Source: Paragordius varius | Taxonomy: Eukaryota; Animalia; Nematomorpha | Direction: 5' to 3' | DNA length: 64,000 bases | Assembly: GCA_964247055.1 (NCBI GenBank) | Contig: OZ176050.1 | Location: 2,666,001-2,730,000, forward strand | Shown here: piece by piece, positions 11,526-24,823 of the stretch | Position numbering within the stretch: position 1 is the stretch's first letter | How the letters are laid out: each line of letters begins with the position of its first letter | The notes under the pieces: model-generated | The model's database searches: none | The model's input: the letters and a program-made list of their open reading frames with translations, nothing else | Told to the model about the DNA's origin: nothing | Position numbers and translations under genes: made by a program

Positions 11526-14500
11526 ATGACAAGTGATATTGAAATCGAAATTTTACGGTATAAAGATGAAGGAAAGCAGTTATTTAACGAACAAAACTTT
11601 AAAAAAGCAGCGGAATGCTATGTGTCAGCTATAAATCTAGATCCAAAAGATGCTAATTTACTCTTTTCATTATATAACAATTATGCCATGTGCTGCTTAA
11701 AACTCGAAGATTATGACAAATGTATTGAGTACACATCCAAAAGTTTATCTTTATAAATATTAAAGTTTTAAAGGATAGACCAGAAGATCAGAAAGCAAGA
11801 TATCGAAGATTTCTTGCTTATAAATGCAAACAAGATTATATAACTGCACTGAAAGACGCTAAAATATTGTACGAATCTAATAATAAGATTATAATACCAG
11901 ATTATTTAGAAATTAAAGAAAAGTTACTTAAGGTAATCTTGATTTTTTGTTATAAAGCAGAGTACTAATATTAAAAAAGACTCTATCGTAACTGAAATAT
12001 TTTCCAATCTATCGCTTTCAGTCAAAAAATCTGAAAGTTTAAGCAAAATTTTATCCTTGAGCAAAGAACATAGTTCAATGGCCTACGTTTTGAATGAGAA
12101 ATCAAAATTAATATCTCTCATCCACGATACTTCCGTTTCCCCCGAAGATTTTGTCAAGCTTTGTCACATATTTCAAAATTGTCTTAATCAAGTTATCTTT
12201 ATAAAATATTTTCTAGGATATTATTATGGCCCTCGATATACCAATACTCATATCGAATCATTTGAAAAATGATCCAAAAATGTCTTTAACAGCCCTGTAC
12301 AATCTGATTATTAAAGCCAGAGAAGTTATAAGATCTCTTCCAAATTACAAAAATGGTACTATTTATATAATTTTTCTATTTGCAATTTCTCAATTATAGG
12401 TTATTTTGGAAATATAGTAATATTTGAATTGACTGGTATTAATTATATCTAATTTAATATCTATTAACTTACTAAAGCGTTTAATTATACAGTACGCATT
12501 TTAATAGGTGCTTATTTTACATTATAGTAGGGAATTCGCAACACAGTCGTGTATAGAAAATACAACAAATTGTTGAAAAAACAATTATTTTCTTTCTTTT
12601 TTCCATACACTTCTGTTGACCTACTATAGTGTTAAAAGGGCAACCATTAAAATGCCTAATGTATTTAAGCCATTTATATTCAATTATAAAAAACCCATTT
12701 TATTCAGGCTAAAAATAATTTAAGAAAATATTTATATTTAGTTACCATACCACAGTAAAAATATTATGGTGTTATTAAAAAATCTACTTTTAGGATTAAA
12801 AATCGAAATGGATAATTGTTTGCTTGTTTTATTTATAAAAAAATATATAAATGTTAATTAATATTAAATCTTTTTAAAATTACATATGAAACCATGATAA
12901 ATTTTTAAAAAATAATTAATTTTATATTTTTCCAAATTCTAAAATATATTTTCTCTATAGATTTTGCAGAATTGATAACTGCCATTTTCAAATCTCTGTT
13001 GGAACTTTTATCGAAAGCAACTAATCTTGCGTCTTATCAAAATAGCACCGATGACCTTATACTTGCAATAAGTAATAAAAATGTATGTCTTCTCCTTATC
13101 TCACAATTGACTTCGCATGAATCAGGTTTTGGTATGGCTCATAAATTGGTTTACGAAATGTCAGGTATAATAAGTCATTTTTTTAATTTTACAATTTTAT
13201 AATTTTATGGATTAAGTTTTTATTATACACTGTGCGACTAAGTTTCTAATGTATGTAAATGCCATCTTCTTGCTTTTTTGTTTTTAACAGAGAATATGGA
13301 AATATATTTATTAATTAACATAATTGTTAGAATTGTCGAATGTTAAGCATTAAACCATTAATGAAGATAAAAATTAATAGAAACGATATAAATATATATA
13401 TATCGTTTATAGTTCTAATACACCCTTGAACAGTTTAATATCACCCTTGAACTATTCAAATTCACCCTAAAATAAATTATATATTTTTAAAGTTAAAAAT
13501 TACCTATATTTTTTTATATTTTAAAAAAAGAAATTTTGTAAATTAACATAATACTGAAAAAATAATAATGCCATAAGAATATATTTCATATTATTGATGA
13601 GTTATATTAGCCCAAAGATAATTTATTTTTAGGGTGAATTTGAAATGATCGAGGGTGTTAAATTGTTCAAGGGTGAATTTGAATTCTAAATGGTATATAA
13701 CGTTACTTAATAACTAAATGTTTTTCACATTTTATAAGATAACTCAAATATTTAGGCACATAATTATTATATTGTTAAAAAGTTTAATCTTTGTAAATTC
13801 AACTTTTATCATATCTGAAACACCATAGCCCTGGAAATTTTGTTGAATTTTGCTGCACACTCTCCTTACTGTTACCCTTCGATAATTGCTAATGACTCTG
13901 AAATCAAAAATGCTTCTATTAATGAAAACGGTTTAAAATCGTTAGAAAATAATGTTCAAAATATCAATCAAAATGGCATTAAAAAATCTCAAAATACCAA
14001 CCAATCTAATGAATATTCTTGCATTGAAAATTTGGCTTTGGCTTTAAACACAATTTGGTCCGATATGATTAGTGATGCCGATCGTGAAGAATATAGAAAA
14101 CGAACTATTACGCTTATTGAGTAAAATAAGAGAGAGTGTTTTAAATATTTTTTTTGTTTTGGGTTAAAAGTTTTATATTATATGGATACAAATATTTTTG
14201 ATTGGGGATATTATTAATTAAATTAATTTACTTTTTATTACAATGTTTGGTGGTATCTTAAGCTCTTAATTAAAAACGTAGGTTAAATTAGAAATAATGG
14301 TAATAAGGTTTTGTTTTTAAGCATTTTAAGAAAGAAAGATATACTCCAATTAAATACTACAGGTTTTATTTTAAATATTCAAAAAAATAAACTTGAATTA
14401 CAAATATGGGAAATTTTGAAATTAATATATATTATACAATATAATCCATATAAATTGCAAATAACATAAAAAATTATGTATTTATACAATACCGTTTTAA

Positions 14501-17500
14501 TTTCTATACATAAGAACTGATTCCTAGTATTTAGTATGTTTTTTAAAATTTTGATAGAAATATACTCCTTAACAAAAGTTTGGAATCGTACGATACAGCT
14601 ATTAAAGCTTTGATACCCCTTTTACAAGTTATATAGATTTTAATTATTTTTGTTATAAATTACGAAATAATTTATAAAAAAATAATTTTGTTTAGGGCCC
14701 ATTCTATATTGGGGATTCGATCGTTGGGACTCTTAATATGACACATAATATGATTGAAATTATTCAATCACCAAAAACCACCGATGAACAAAAGGTAGTA
14801 TTATAAATTTTCTATAAGTTTTTTATTTCATATATAGCGATAATTTTTTTAAAATATTTGGATTTTTATCCTCTTAACGTTAACAATGCGTTATTAAATC
14901 TTTTGCGATATAGTGTAAAACACTTAGAAATTAATTTATTATTGCAAAAATTTATGGCGTTTTTATATTGCTGCTAATATTAGATTCGTACTCTTGATTG
15001 TGTAATTTTAACATCATCTAACCGTAAAAGATGTCAGGGTTTTATTGCTGCTGGTTTGGTGGTCCCACTCAAAACCCTATATAAATCACCGAATGAAGCC
15101 TTAAAAATTAGGGCTCTTATGGTGAGTTTTCTATTGTATATAACTGAAGTTTTCAGTTTTAAATATACATATAGGGTTAATTTATAATAGAGAAATTGCG
15201 TTGTATTACTATTAACGATTGGCAAATTTAAGTTTTATGAAATTGTTTGTTTATAACATTTTTATTGTTAGTTTGTCTCTAGTTTATTAAACTTATAAAC
15301 TACACGAATAGAAAATTAAATACTAACCAATTGTCATACAAATACACATTTTTATAATTGCATAATAAAAATAGCATATATGTATGAAACCAAAAAAACC
15401 AAATTATTTTTACAAATCAATGAATATATGACCAATTTATTTATTAACTTTATTATAATAAAGGCAATATCCAAATTAGCAGCTTCGGGGGGAACAGATG
15501 TTAGCATGATTCCTTTCGATGATTCTTCAATCATTAAGGTGGCTCAAGCTTGCGCAAAGTAAAAATATGATTTTATTTAAATATACAGTCAAACTTTTTT
15601 TGTAAAAAAAATACGGGACAATATAAAAAAAATTCACAATAAAATTTTCATTCATGAAATTCAGGAAAGTCGGTTTAATATTTAATTCAAATATTTTTTT
15701 TAAATAGTAGAAAATTTTGATTAAAAATATACATTTTTTGTGGAAAAGCTATAATATGACCAGTTTTTGGTGACAAAGAATAGATGAAAACCGTTTTTTT
15801 ACATAAAGTGATAAAAAATTTGTAAAATTAGAAAAATTATTGCATTTTAAAAGAGGTTTGACTATATTTTTTCAAGTTAATATTTATTTAATATTGTCTC
15901 AACTCTTAGATTTATATGTTCACCCAATTATGACACCAAGGCCAAAATTTATGCTGTAGAATCACTTTCTTATCTTTCATTCAATGCGGATATTAAAGAA
16001 TTTATAGTAAATCATGCAAGCCTGCCAAAAATATTATTTCAAATGGCTCAATCTCAAGTAATTGATTTTTTAAATATGAAACTTCATTAAAAATTATAAT
16101 TATATAAAATGAAAAATAAAAAACAAACTTTATTAGATCAAGAAAACCATATTTTTTGAACCTTAATTTATTTATGTGTTTTAGGGTTAATAATTATGTA
16201 ATAGAGATTATTAAATTGGTAACAATTTATTTTCTTTTATCACAATTGGAATTGCTAGGTTATATAGAATCAATCAATAATTAAATATGCTTTCTTTCTA
16301 CTTATAAATTAATTGTCTTTTACTATAACATTTACACCTCAAATTCACCCTTATACATTCTAAAATTACCCTAAAATTATGTGTTTTTGGGATATAACTC
16401 ATCATAAATAAGAAATATATTTTTATGGCATGGTTTGTTAATTTTTCCGTATTGCGTTACGATATATTTTCAAATAAACTATATTATAAAAAAACACCTA
16501 ATTTATTTTTGGGTGAATTGAAGTGTAAATGGTATATTTATGTTTATATTTTATTTTTTTGAGATTATAAATTATTAAATATAGGAATATGGAGATTCCC
16601 TCTTGTGTCCGTTGTTAAATTTGTTTGTCAATGTCACAAATAGTTATGATAAACCTTCAATCGAACCAGAATTGCTTGATTTAGCGAAACAGGCAAAACA
16701 TCATATACCCCAAGAATCACCTAAAGTATTTTGAATATAAATTTTTGTGAAAACTATTTAAATATCCTCTTTTTAATAATTGAGGTTGTATTAAATATAA
16801 AAAATCTTTGTTTATTGCACGAATGAAATAAATATAAATGTGGTATAAAATTAAATGTAACGTAAAAAAATGATTTATCTCATAATAAAATGGTAATTTT
16901 AAACCCATGAAAACCAATTCATTTTATTTGGTTTATGCTTGTTTGAAAATTTATGATACAACTTATTTTACATGACTGGTCTGGTTTTTACATAATTTAT
17001 AATTTAAAACTGTGCAATTTTCGTTGAATATTTCCTTAAGTTTCTTATATTGAATATATATTAATTTTTCTTTAAAAATGCCTCACATTTTTTTCTAAAA
17101 ACCAATTTTCATATATTAGGATTCGGCCCCATTCGTAACTCATAGAGTGGAAGTTCTTATGGATTCAGGTCTTGTTAATGGCTTAGTACCGCTTTGTAAA
17201 ACGCAGAGCACCTCAAACAGAGAATCTTTGGCAAGGTACTTATATGAAATTTGTTTATTCAGTATATGGTTAAATGTTTTCTAATGTAATTTTAATGGCA
17301 AATTATAAAAAATCGATTATCAAAGAATATTCGAAAGGAAAATATTTTAAATGTAATTTATTCCGGTGCTTTTTTTGTTTTGCTGTAAGCAAATTATCTA
17401 TATCTAAACTATCGTAAGGTATAAATCTATATCTAAATTTTTATAAAAATAATATTTAAATACTCTCATGAAAACATACTTTTTTGATTGATCTAAAAAA

Positions 17501-20407
17501 TTATAAATGTAGACTAATAATACGCTGTATAATATATTTTCTTCTTTATTTTATTTTGTAACAGGATATTTTTGGCGAGTACTATGGATGTCAAACATCG
17601 AGGTTACATTATTCAACAAGGCGGGGCCAAGGCCTTATTGCAATTAACGCAAAATAATACGAAAGAGGGTGCTATCATGGCTTCTCATGCATTAGCAAAA
17701 ATATTTATAACCAATAACCCTGAATTAAGTTTTCCCGGAGAAAAGGTTTTTTGGTTGATTAAATAAAAAATTTATTAGGTTTAAATGCGTATTTAATTTT
17801 TTTGATCGTGTAAGGTACTCTACAATATAGAGTGTTTATTTTATAGATATTATATAAATGAATTCAAAATTGAATTGTAACAATTACAATAAAATTTGTA
17901 AAATATAAATTTTTAACGTTGATCAATGTAATAGAAATATAAATATGATTAATTTATATATCTGTAGACGTGAACAAATTATGGCATAAATTCTCCAATT
18001 AATAATATAGCCTTATTACAGATGTTTTATAAATTTAACTCTTATTCGAGACGCGCTTAAATTTTGTACATATTTAATATGCTTTATATATTTTAATTAT
18101 TTCGAAAATCCAATTATTTTTTATAAGCGTAAAATGAATATATTTAATATCACATCATTTGGAAATTTTGTATTGTAATAATCTCTGAAGTGTTAATTTA
18201 TAAAAGTATATTTCGATTATATTGAATTCTCTTTATATATTTTGTCCATATGTTTTTAGTATTTAGATTTAGTACGACCTCTCATAACTCTGCTGCATAT
18301 TGAACGTCCATACCTGCAAAATTTTGAAGCTTTAATGGCATTAACCAATATAGCCAGCATCAGTCAACAAGCCAAGTATTTAATTTTGTTATTTAAAAAA
18401 TATATTCAAAAAAATATAATAATAATAATCAAAAACTTATATTTAAAATGATTATATATTAATCTTAGGATTCACTGATTTTTGATCATATTCTTAATAA
18501 TTATTATTAAAATTACTTTAATAAATATTTTTAAATTTTGACAATTACACACAGTCATACATAGTCTGTCTGTGGATAATTTACCTAAGTTGACCAATAT
18601 TCACTTTTTAAAAGGTTTTTTTATATAATACTAATGCGGGATTGTAGCATTATATTTTTCTGCGCAAATTATCTTTTGCATTTAATTTGTTTTGCATTTA
18701 TTTTAATACATGTCGAAAATCGACATTGATATTTCTGAATTTTAAGTTAAACGTTTTTGTACACTTTTTTTACCGTTTGGTATTTTTACGAAAAATAGTT
18801 TTGACTGTTTTTGATTATAATTGTAATTAAAGTTGTTTCTTAAATATTTATGTAGAAAACGAATATTGCTTGAACATGGAATGGCTGATATCGTAAATTA
18901 TCTGTATGATGAAGATCCACTTTTACGCCGTGCTTCTGTTGAATGTTTGTGCAATCTCGTTTTATATGATGAGGTATGTATGCTTTTTATGGCCTTTTCA
19001 AAAAACATTATTTTTTAATTAGATGTCCTTTAAAAATATCAATCTTTGTATGTATCACAAGTGTTTTACTCACACTGTATTTTATAAGAAACCTGTGTTG
19101 CGTTCATTCCCTTTTAAATCACATCTTCCCCCCTTTATAATAATTTGTAAATGTCTAGACTCTAAACATATAAACAGATTCTGTTTTAATCGAGTTATTG
19201 GACTATTCACAATGCTACATAAAGTTTTAATTTAGGTAATAAATATATATATATATATATACCATTTACAGTTCAAATTTACCCTTGAACAATTCAAATT
19301 CACCCTCGAACAATTCAAATTAATCCTAAAAATAATTATGTGTTTTCGAACAAATATAACTCATTGTTAATATGAAATATATCTTTATTTGGCATAGTAT
19401 ATTATTTTTTCAGTATTATTATAATATAAAACAAAATTTAGTTTTCTAAAAATATATAAAAATATACGTAATTTTTAATCTTAAAAAACATATATTTTAT
19501 TTGAGGGTGAATTTGAACAGTTTGAGGATGAATTTGAATTGTAAATGGTATATTTAATAATTGATTTTACTTATATTTACATTATGGTAGCCATAAAATA
19601 ATTTAAAAATCTTTCATATCATAATTTTAACAGTGTCTCAAAGCGTTTTGTGATGCCACGGACGATAGAGTGAAAATGGTTGCACTCATGATTTTAGACA
19701 ATCAAGATGACCCTAAACTTGTGCTTGCCGCTTCAGGAGCTTTGTGCACTATTGTTTCAAACGAAAGCGCCCTAACCAAAATTTTAGAAGTTTATTTTTT
19801 TTTAATATTTAATTTATCCTAAAAATTTGAATAAAAGCGCGTAAAAATTGAAAAAAATAGTTTTTTTATAAAGATAGCTATATATTTGCGTTGAAAATGA
19901 TAATTTTTATTTATAAAAAAGATACGCTTTAAAAAAATATTTGTCTTATTTAATACGTGTTGCCCTTATAATTTTATTTTTACTGTAATTGTTGAAATTT
20001 TTTACAAATGTTGTTTTTTTTCGCATTTGTAGATCAAATCATTGTTCGATATACTGAAAGTGTTACTGTTAAACACTGATATAAATATAAAGTATCGTGG
20101 CTTTTATATTGTTCGTTCTCTAATTTGGTCTTCCAAGGAATTCGCTGAGAAATGTGTTGCAGATGACTTATATTATGTTTTAGTTGATTGCACACGGATT
20201 GAAAACACTCCAAAGGGTAAATATATGAATATATTATTGCGATTAAAAAATGTATTATTATTTTTGTATGGCCAATTATATACATTCAAACAATTAGGTG
20301 ACGACAAGTCAAAATCAAACTTAGAATCAGATACCAAAGATTTGGCCCTTGAAATCATGGAAAAGCTGAAAGAATATGGGTTTGTCAAAGAAAAAAACAT
20401 CAAATAA
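11526..20407 (+). CDS. unc-45: UNC-45 myosin chaperone (TPR + central + UCS), 19 exons, about 973 aa: 11526-11742, 11766-11932, 11961-12191, 12217-12355, 12961-13164, 13829-14120, 14558-14627, 14696-14794, 14984-15121, 15464-15558, 15910-16057, 16585-16725, 17120-17235, 17565-17745, 18260-18375, 18856-18973, 19634-19789, 20033-20216, 20298-20407
   Basis: N-terminal TPR (KDEGKQLF...YNNYAMCCLKLEDY). UCS hallmarks LLQGPFYIG, KLAASGGTD, NVTNSYDK...LAKQAKHHIP, QQGGAKAL, NFEALMALTNIA, RRASVECLCNL. Exon sum is 2922 nt, in frame. Confidence 0.95.
13399..13697. mobile_element. MITE family B copy (UNC-45 intron)
   Basis: Arms built of 21-bp TTGAACAATTCAAATTCACCC units; ends in AAATGGTATA. Confidence 0.8.
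15586..15864. mobile_element. pogo-like MITE (UNC-45 intron)
   Basis: TA|CAGTCAAACTTT...AGAGGTTTGACTA|TA; CAGTCAAACCTC-type ends are typical of pogo/Tigger elements. Confidence 0.6.
16324..16536. mobile_element. MITE family B copy, shortened (UNC-45 intron)
   Basis: CAAATTCACCC units on the left, GGGTGAATTGAAGTGTAAATGGTATA on the right, same internal segment as other copies. Confidence 0.7.
19258..19552. mobile_element. MITE family B copy (UNC-45 intron)
   Basis: TATACCATTTACAGTTCAAATT...GAATTGTAAATGGTATA termini with 21-bp subterminal repeats. Confidence 0.85.
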
Positions 20408-20637
20408 ATCTTTTATATACTTTCAATTGGATTGAAGAGCCTATAACATACATATATACTGTTGTTTCATATAAATCTCTATATCTATGCATTTACTCAG
20501 CAATATTAGTTAGATATATGGAATGTTTAATTTATATATTATTTAGCAGTGTTTAGCAATTTACATTTTTTGCAAAATATATTTATGAATAAATAAAATG
20601 TTTTGATATGTTTATAATATGATAACATAAATTAACT

Positions 20638-23600
20638 TTATTTAGTTGTCGGTACAAGGTTAGAGACTGATGAAACACTCTCCAAAACCTCAGGGAATAA
20701 ATGCGTAACAAGGGTATCATACATAACGTATGTAAAGTGTTTATTATACATGGGGTATTGGAAACAGTCTATGATAGTTTTAATACCTGCCTCAAAATCC
20801 TTAGGATGCAGGAGTTTCCAGTTTGTTAAGAATTTGAGTTTTTGTTCCAACAAACGTTGAGCAGTTTGCTGTTTAGATTTAATTGACTCAGTCTCAATAT
20901 TTTCTGCACTTAATGTACTGTTTGACGAACCAAATAAATGGTTATAAAGTCGCGTTAACATATCAGTTTGGAAGTATGGATTACTGAATATTGCACATTT
21001 TTGATCAACTTTCCAGCACACGTAATCTTCAACCATGGTTTTGGCCCAAACACGGAAAGCTATGAGTGTTTGAATAAGCCAAATGGGAGCGTTAAATATG
21101 TTGAAACAAAAGTAGATTACATAATCATAGTAACCGGATATGGCATATTGTTTTCGTTTTTTCTTGACATGCCTTATTTTTGAAGTTGTGCATTTGCTTG
21201 GATCTTCATTCCAATCCGAATCAAAGATATTACAGGTGTTAGTTTTAATTTCTTTTTCGGAGGTAGGTGAACCATTTATTGAATGTGATTTAGCTCCTGC
21301 TGGTTTATTTGGCAAATGATTTTGATTCCCATTCCTAGTGTTGGCGTGTTCGACCGATGAAATAAAGGATTGAACAAAGGGTTCTAGATTTTGACCCTTT
21401 TCGGGTAACAGCCTAAGCGGAGCTTTTAACATTCGACCCAGGTTTAGATCGGGAATCAGAAAGGAGGAAAGACTAAACTCTTGAGGGCTCGTCAAAAAAT
21501 TGAACACTAGTTCACTGTATCGTAGCTCGGGTTTGTTGCATAACTTTTGCACAAAATTTTCAAACAAATTCCGTTTGGCATTAATGAGGGCCCAATCTTT
21601 GGATCCATACGAGCGTTTAAGCGGTAAGAAAATGTCTTCAAACACGCCATGAAATTCGGCCAACTTACTTTCCAGGACATAAAATTCGCCGTAACGCCTA
21701 TCTACACTCCATTCATACATTATGTTGTTAGGGCCATTATTGTTATTAGCCGTCTGATAAAATTCAGGGCTGATATTTTCATCGGTTGAACTGCTCCCAC
21801 AAGATGAGGAAAAATCCGTAGTCAAAGAATACGGATAATTGTTATTCATGTGAGTTTTGGTTGAGTTTAGCATGGATTTTATATCGGCATCACTGCTATG
21901 TCGAACATGACCTGATCGTCTATCAAATTTTTTCATGCTGTCGGCATTATTTAGTGGGTTTGTTGTTTGGATCCCTTTTTGCGCAGATACATTTGTGGAG
22001 CCATCTATCTCTTGCTGCTGTGCAAACGAGGTTGTTCGACCCAAAGATACTGTTTCGCAAACAGAAGTGTGGTTGCCTGATTGCGAACTACGAAAAAACT
22101 TTAATGCAGGTGACTTGACACGTATAGTGAAATAATAGTCGTGTCGATTCGTATTGGGATCATATCGAGATTCAAGTCTCAAGATGGATATGTCAAACTT
22201 TGATAAATCTTTGGTTACGTAATAAGTTTTATGAGACAATTGTTTACCATCTGTGGTATCTTGAACAAGGCTAGGCATTAAATGATAATTTTGTAGGAGA
22301 GCGGATGATCTATCAACAGCAGCAGCAGAAAATTCTGATGAGTGTATTGAATTGGTGCCAGCATTCATGAGTATTCCATCTAAACTTCCACTGCCTATCG
22401 ATGTTATGTCATCTTCGTTACTGTGAGCAACATAGCTATTGTTGTGCATATTACTACCACTCAATGTTTCACTTTCCAAAGAAATTCGATCTTCATACTG
22501 GATATCGGTCATGCTTTCACAGTGCGATACCCCATCGACATGCTACAAAATAGAAATATTTAATTCACAAATAGCGATATCATATATACATATTTTTTTA
22601 AGGGATAATTTCAAATAGAAATATTTAATTCACAAATACCGAAATCATATATACAAATTTTTTGAAGTGATTGCAAGCCTAAAAATATTTAAGAACCAAA
22701 AAATATGGTTAAAACCATGAAGAATGCAGTGATTTAAGTAAAAAAACGGTATAATCCATTAGATTTTATAAATCACACGAATTAAACAATTCACCAATAA
22801 GGTATTAATCAAACTCATTTGATTATAATATTGTATGGGTGCCTTAAACCTCTTTCAGTTAATACAAAGGTAATTTAATTAAAAATTTTAAATAGTATAC
22901 TGTTTTATTGGATAAAACAGAAGTTGACTTCAAGTTTAGAGTAGAATTAGGGATTGTCGATGAATGCAGATGTTTTTTCTTTCGATTTTTGGCATGATTT
23001 TGGACTTCATTGGTATTGGCAGTTCTCCAATACATATTTTTGCCTCCCAGAATCCAATTAGTGTAGGGTCCACTTTGCGCAAACAGAGGCAAAAATATAT
23101 GCTCCAACAATTTTACAACCTATTATTATAATCATTTATGCATATGTCGTACGCAATGTAAAAAGGAATATAGGTTTCCTATTATCAATAATACTTATTA
23201 TGCTTTATATACAAATTGGGTAATTGAAAGGGTTCAGAATCAAATATATTAAGGGTTTAATATACATGGAAACATTTTCTAAATCAATGAAACGTTATTT
23301 ATTATTAAAGATATTGAAAATAATGGCATGATTTTGCCTGGAAAATAATGGGATATGTTTATCTATCAAAAAAATTTTTGAAAATGAGATATCGTACAGT
23401 ACCTTTTGAGCCTGAAATAACGAATTATACCTGAATTACTATCAAAGTTTTAACATTATTTCAACTAATTTGCTAATTACCTTATCACGGGCATTATAAA
23501 GAGGGGATGTGTTTCGAAGTTTAAGGACATTGTTTGGATCCGAATTGTTAGCAAACTCTTTCATTTCTTGTATGGTTTCAGCATCAAAATCTATGCGATC

Positions 23601-24785
23601 TATGGAGGTTTGATCAAAAAAGTTGGTGTATATCTGTTGACATTGTCGATAAAGTATTTCAATTTGGTTTATTTTAAGGTCAGGATTTAGGAGTAATTTC
23701 ATCAAATCCTCGAGCGACATGTAAAATTGAATGAGATTAAGCACACCTTCAGATTTCATGAAATTCATAAACAGAAAAAGTAAATCTTGATTTTGGATGA
23801 CTTCTTTAAGTTTTAATTCATTCGTGGGTAAATTGAGAGGGTATTTGCCACAAAAATTTTGTAACAATGTAACTTTAACATCCTTGTCACAATCCGATGG
23901 ATAATATAGATTTGATTCGTTAAGTACGTTAATAATCATTTGATAAATGAAATCTGAATGAGCCATTGAATCCATACAAGGGAGCAATACTTTGTATGTT
24001 ATTATATCCTCCAACAGTTGGGTTATTAACCCTGATTTTAAAATGTTTGGTGAAAATAAATGGGGCAAAATGAATCGGACACTTTTTGCCAAATACGCCT
24101 TCTCGTCTGCCCTACTAACTAAAACCGAATGAAAATGATGACCGTAGTTATCAAATAAAAATTGTTGAAACTTTTCAGGTTTTAATTCATCAGCATTATA
24201 AATAGCGAATTCTTTAACAGCTATTTGATACATATCCAAATGACTAATATAGTTTTTGATTAGGGCATCTTTCAAGGATACTTTAGTGGCGCACCATCGG
24301 CAACATAATAGGTTTATGGCCATTTTAAATGAATAAACTATTTCGCTTAGCAAATTTGACGATTCATACTCCAATAAAAGGTTTTTGTACCAGCTTGCTA
24401 TATAAGTTTTTACGATTGCATCTAATATCTTTTCAATAGCCAAATCAACGTTTTCGTGACATTTGATTTCAATGTAGGGATGATAATATTTGCAATAAAT
24501 TTTATCGAAACGAAAATCCTCGGTTGCTTGATTTATTGATGTTTGAGGGTACAATGGTTTAATAAATTTGGTATAGTAGTCCATTACTAAACTATGGTGA
24601 TTAATACAGTAGTCCATACAAATAAATCCTGAAATAATCGCAGAACAAAGAATACAGGGAAAAATGAGATTTATAAATTGATATTGCTGAAGAATGATGG
24701 ATAATTGTATGGATAAAATGCCCATAATTTGAAAATTATTTTTTATAAAACCTACCATGGGTTTAAATGTTTTGCCTTTCAACAT
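20638..24785 (-). CDS. SNX14: Sorting nexin 14 (TM-PXA-RGS-PX-PXC); exons 24785-23481, 23119-22901, 22542-20638 (about 1142 aa)
   Basis: PXA (LDAIVKTYIASWY; SRADEKAYL), RGS (LFLFMNFMKSEG...FY), PX (WSVDRRYGEFYVLESKLAEFHG) and EKGQNLEPFVQSF match the SNX14 subfamily. All junctions are phase 0. Confidence 0.93.
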
Positions 24786-24823
24786 GATTACATATGTAAA
24801 ATTTTAAATTTTTAAAACCAGAC
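24786..24823. promoter_or_regulatory. 38-bp region between the SNX14 and OTUD6-like start codons, with the perfect palindrome TTACATATGTAA (24788-24799)
   Basis: Divergent ATGs at 24785 (-) and 24824 (+). The 12-bp dyad contains the E-box CATATG. Function is inferred. Confidence 0.5.

Noticed and set aside
20968-22135. Plus-strand ORFs overlapping SNX14 (also 37155-37608, 43522-43713 and 57695-58085 over the PDE; 20034-20403 over UNC-45)
   Set aside because: These are antisense or alternate-frame shadows of strong coding exons, with no motifs of their own.
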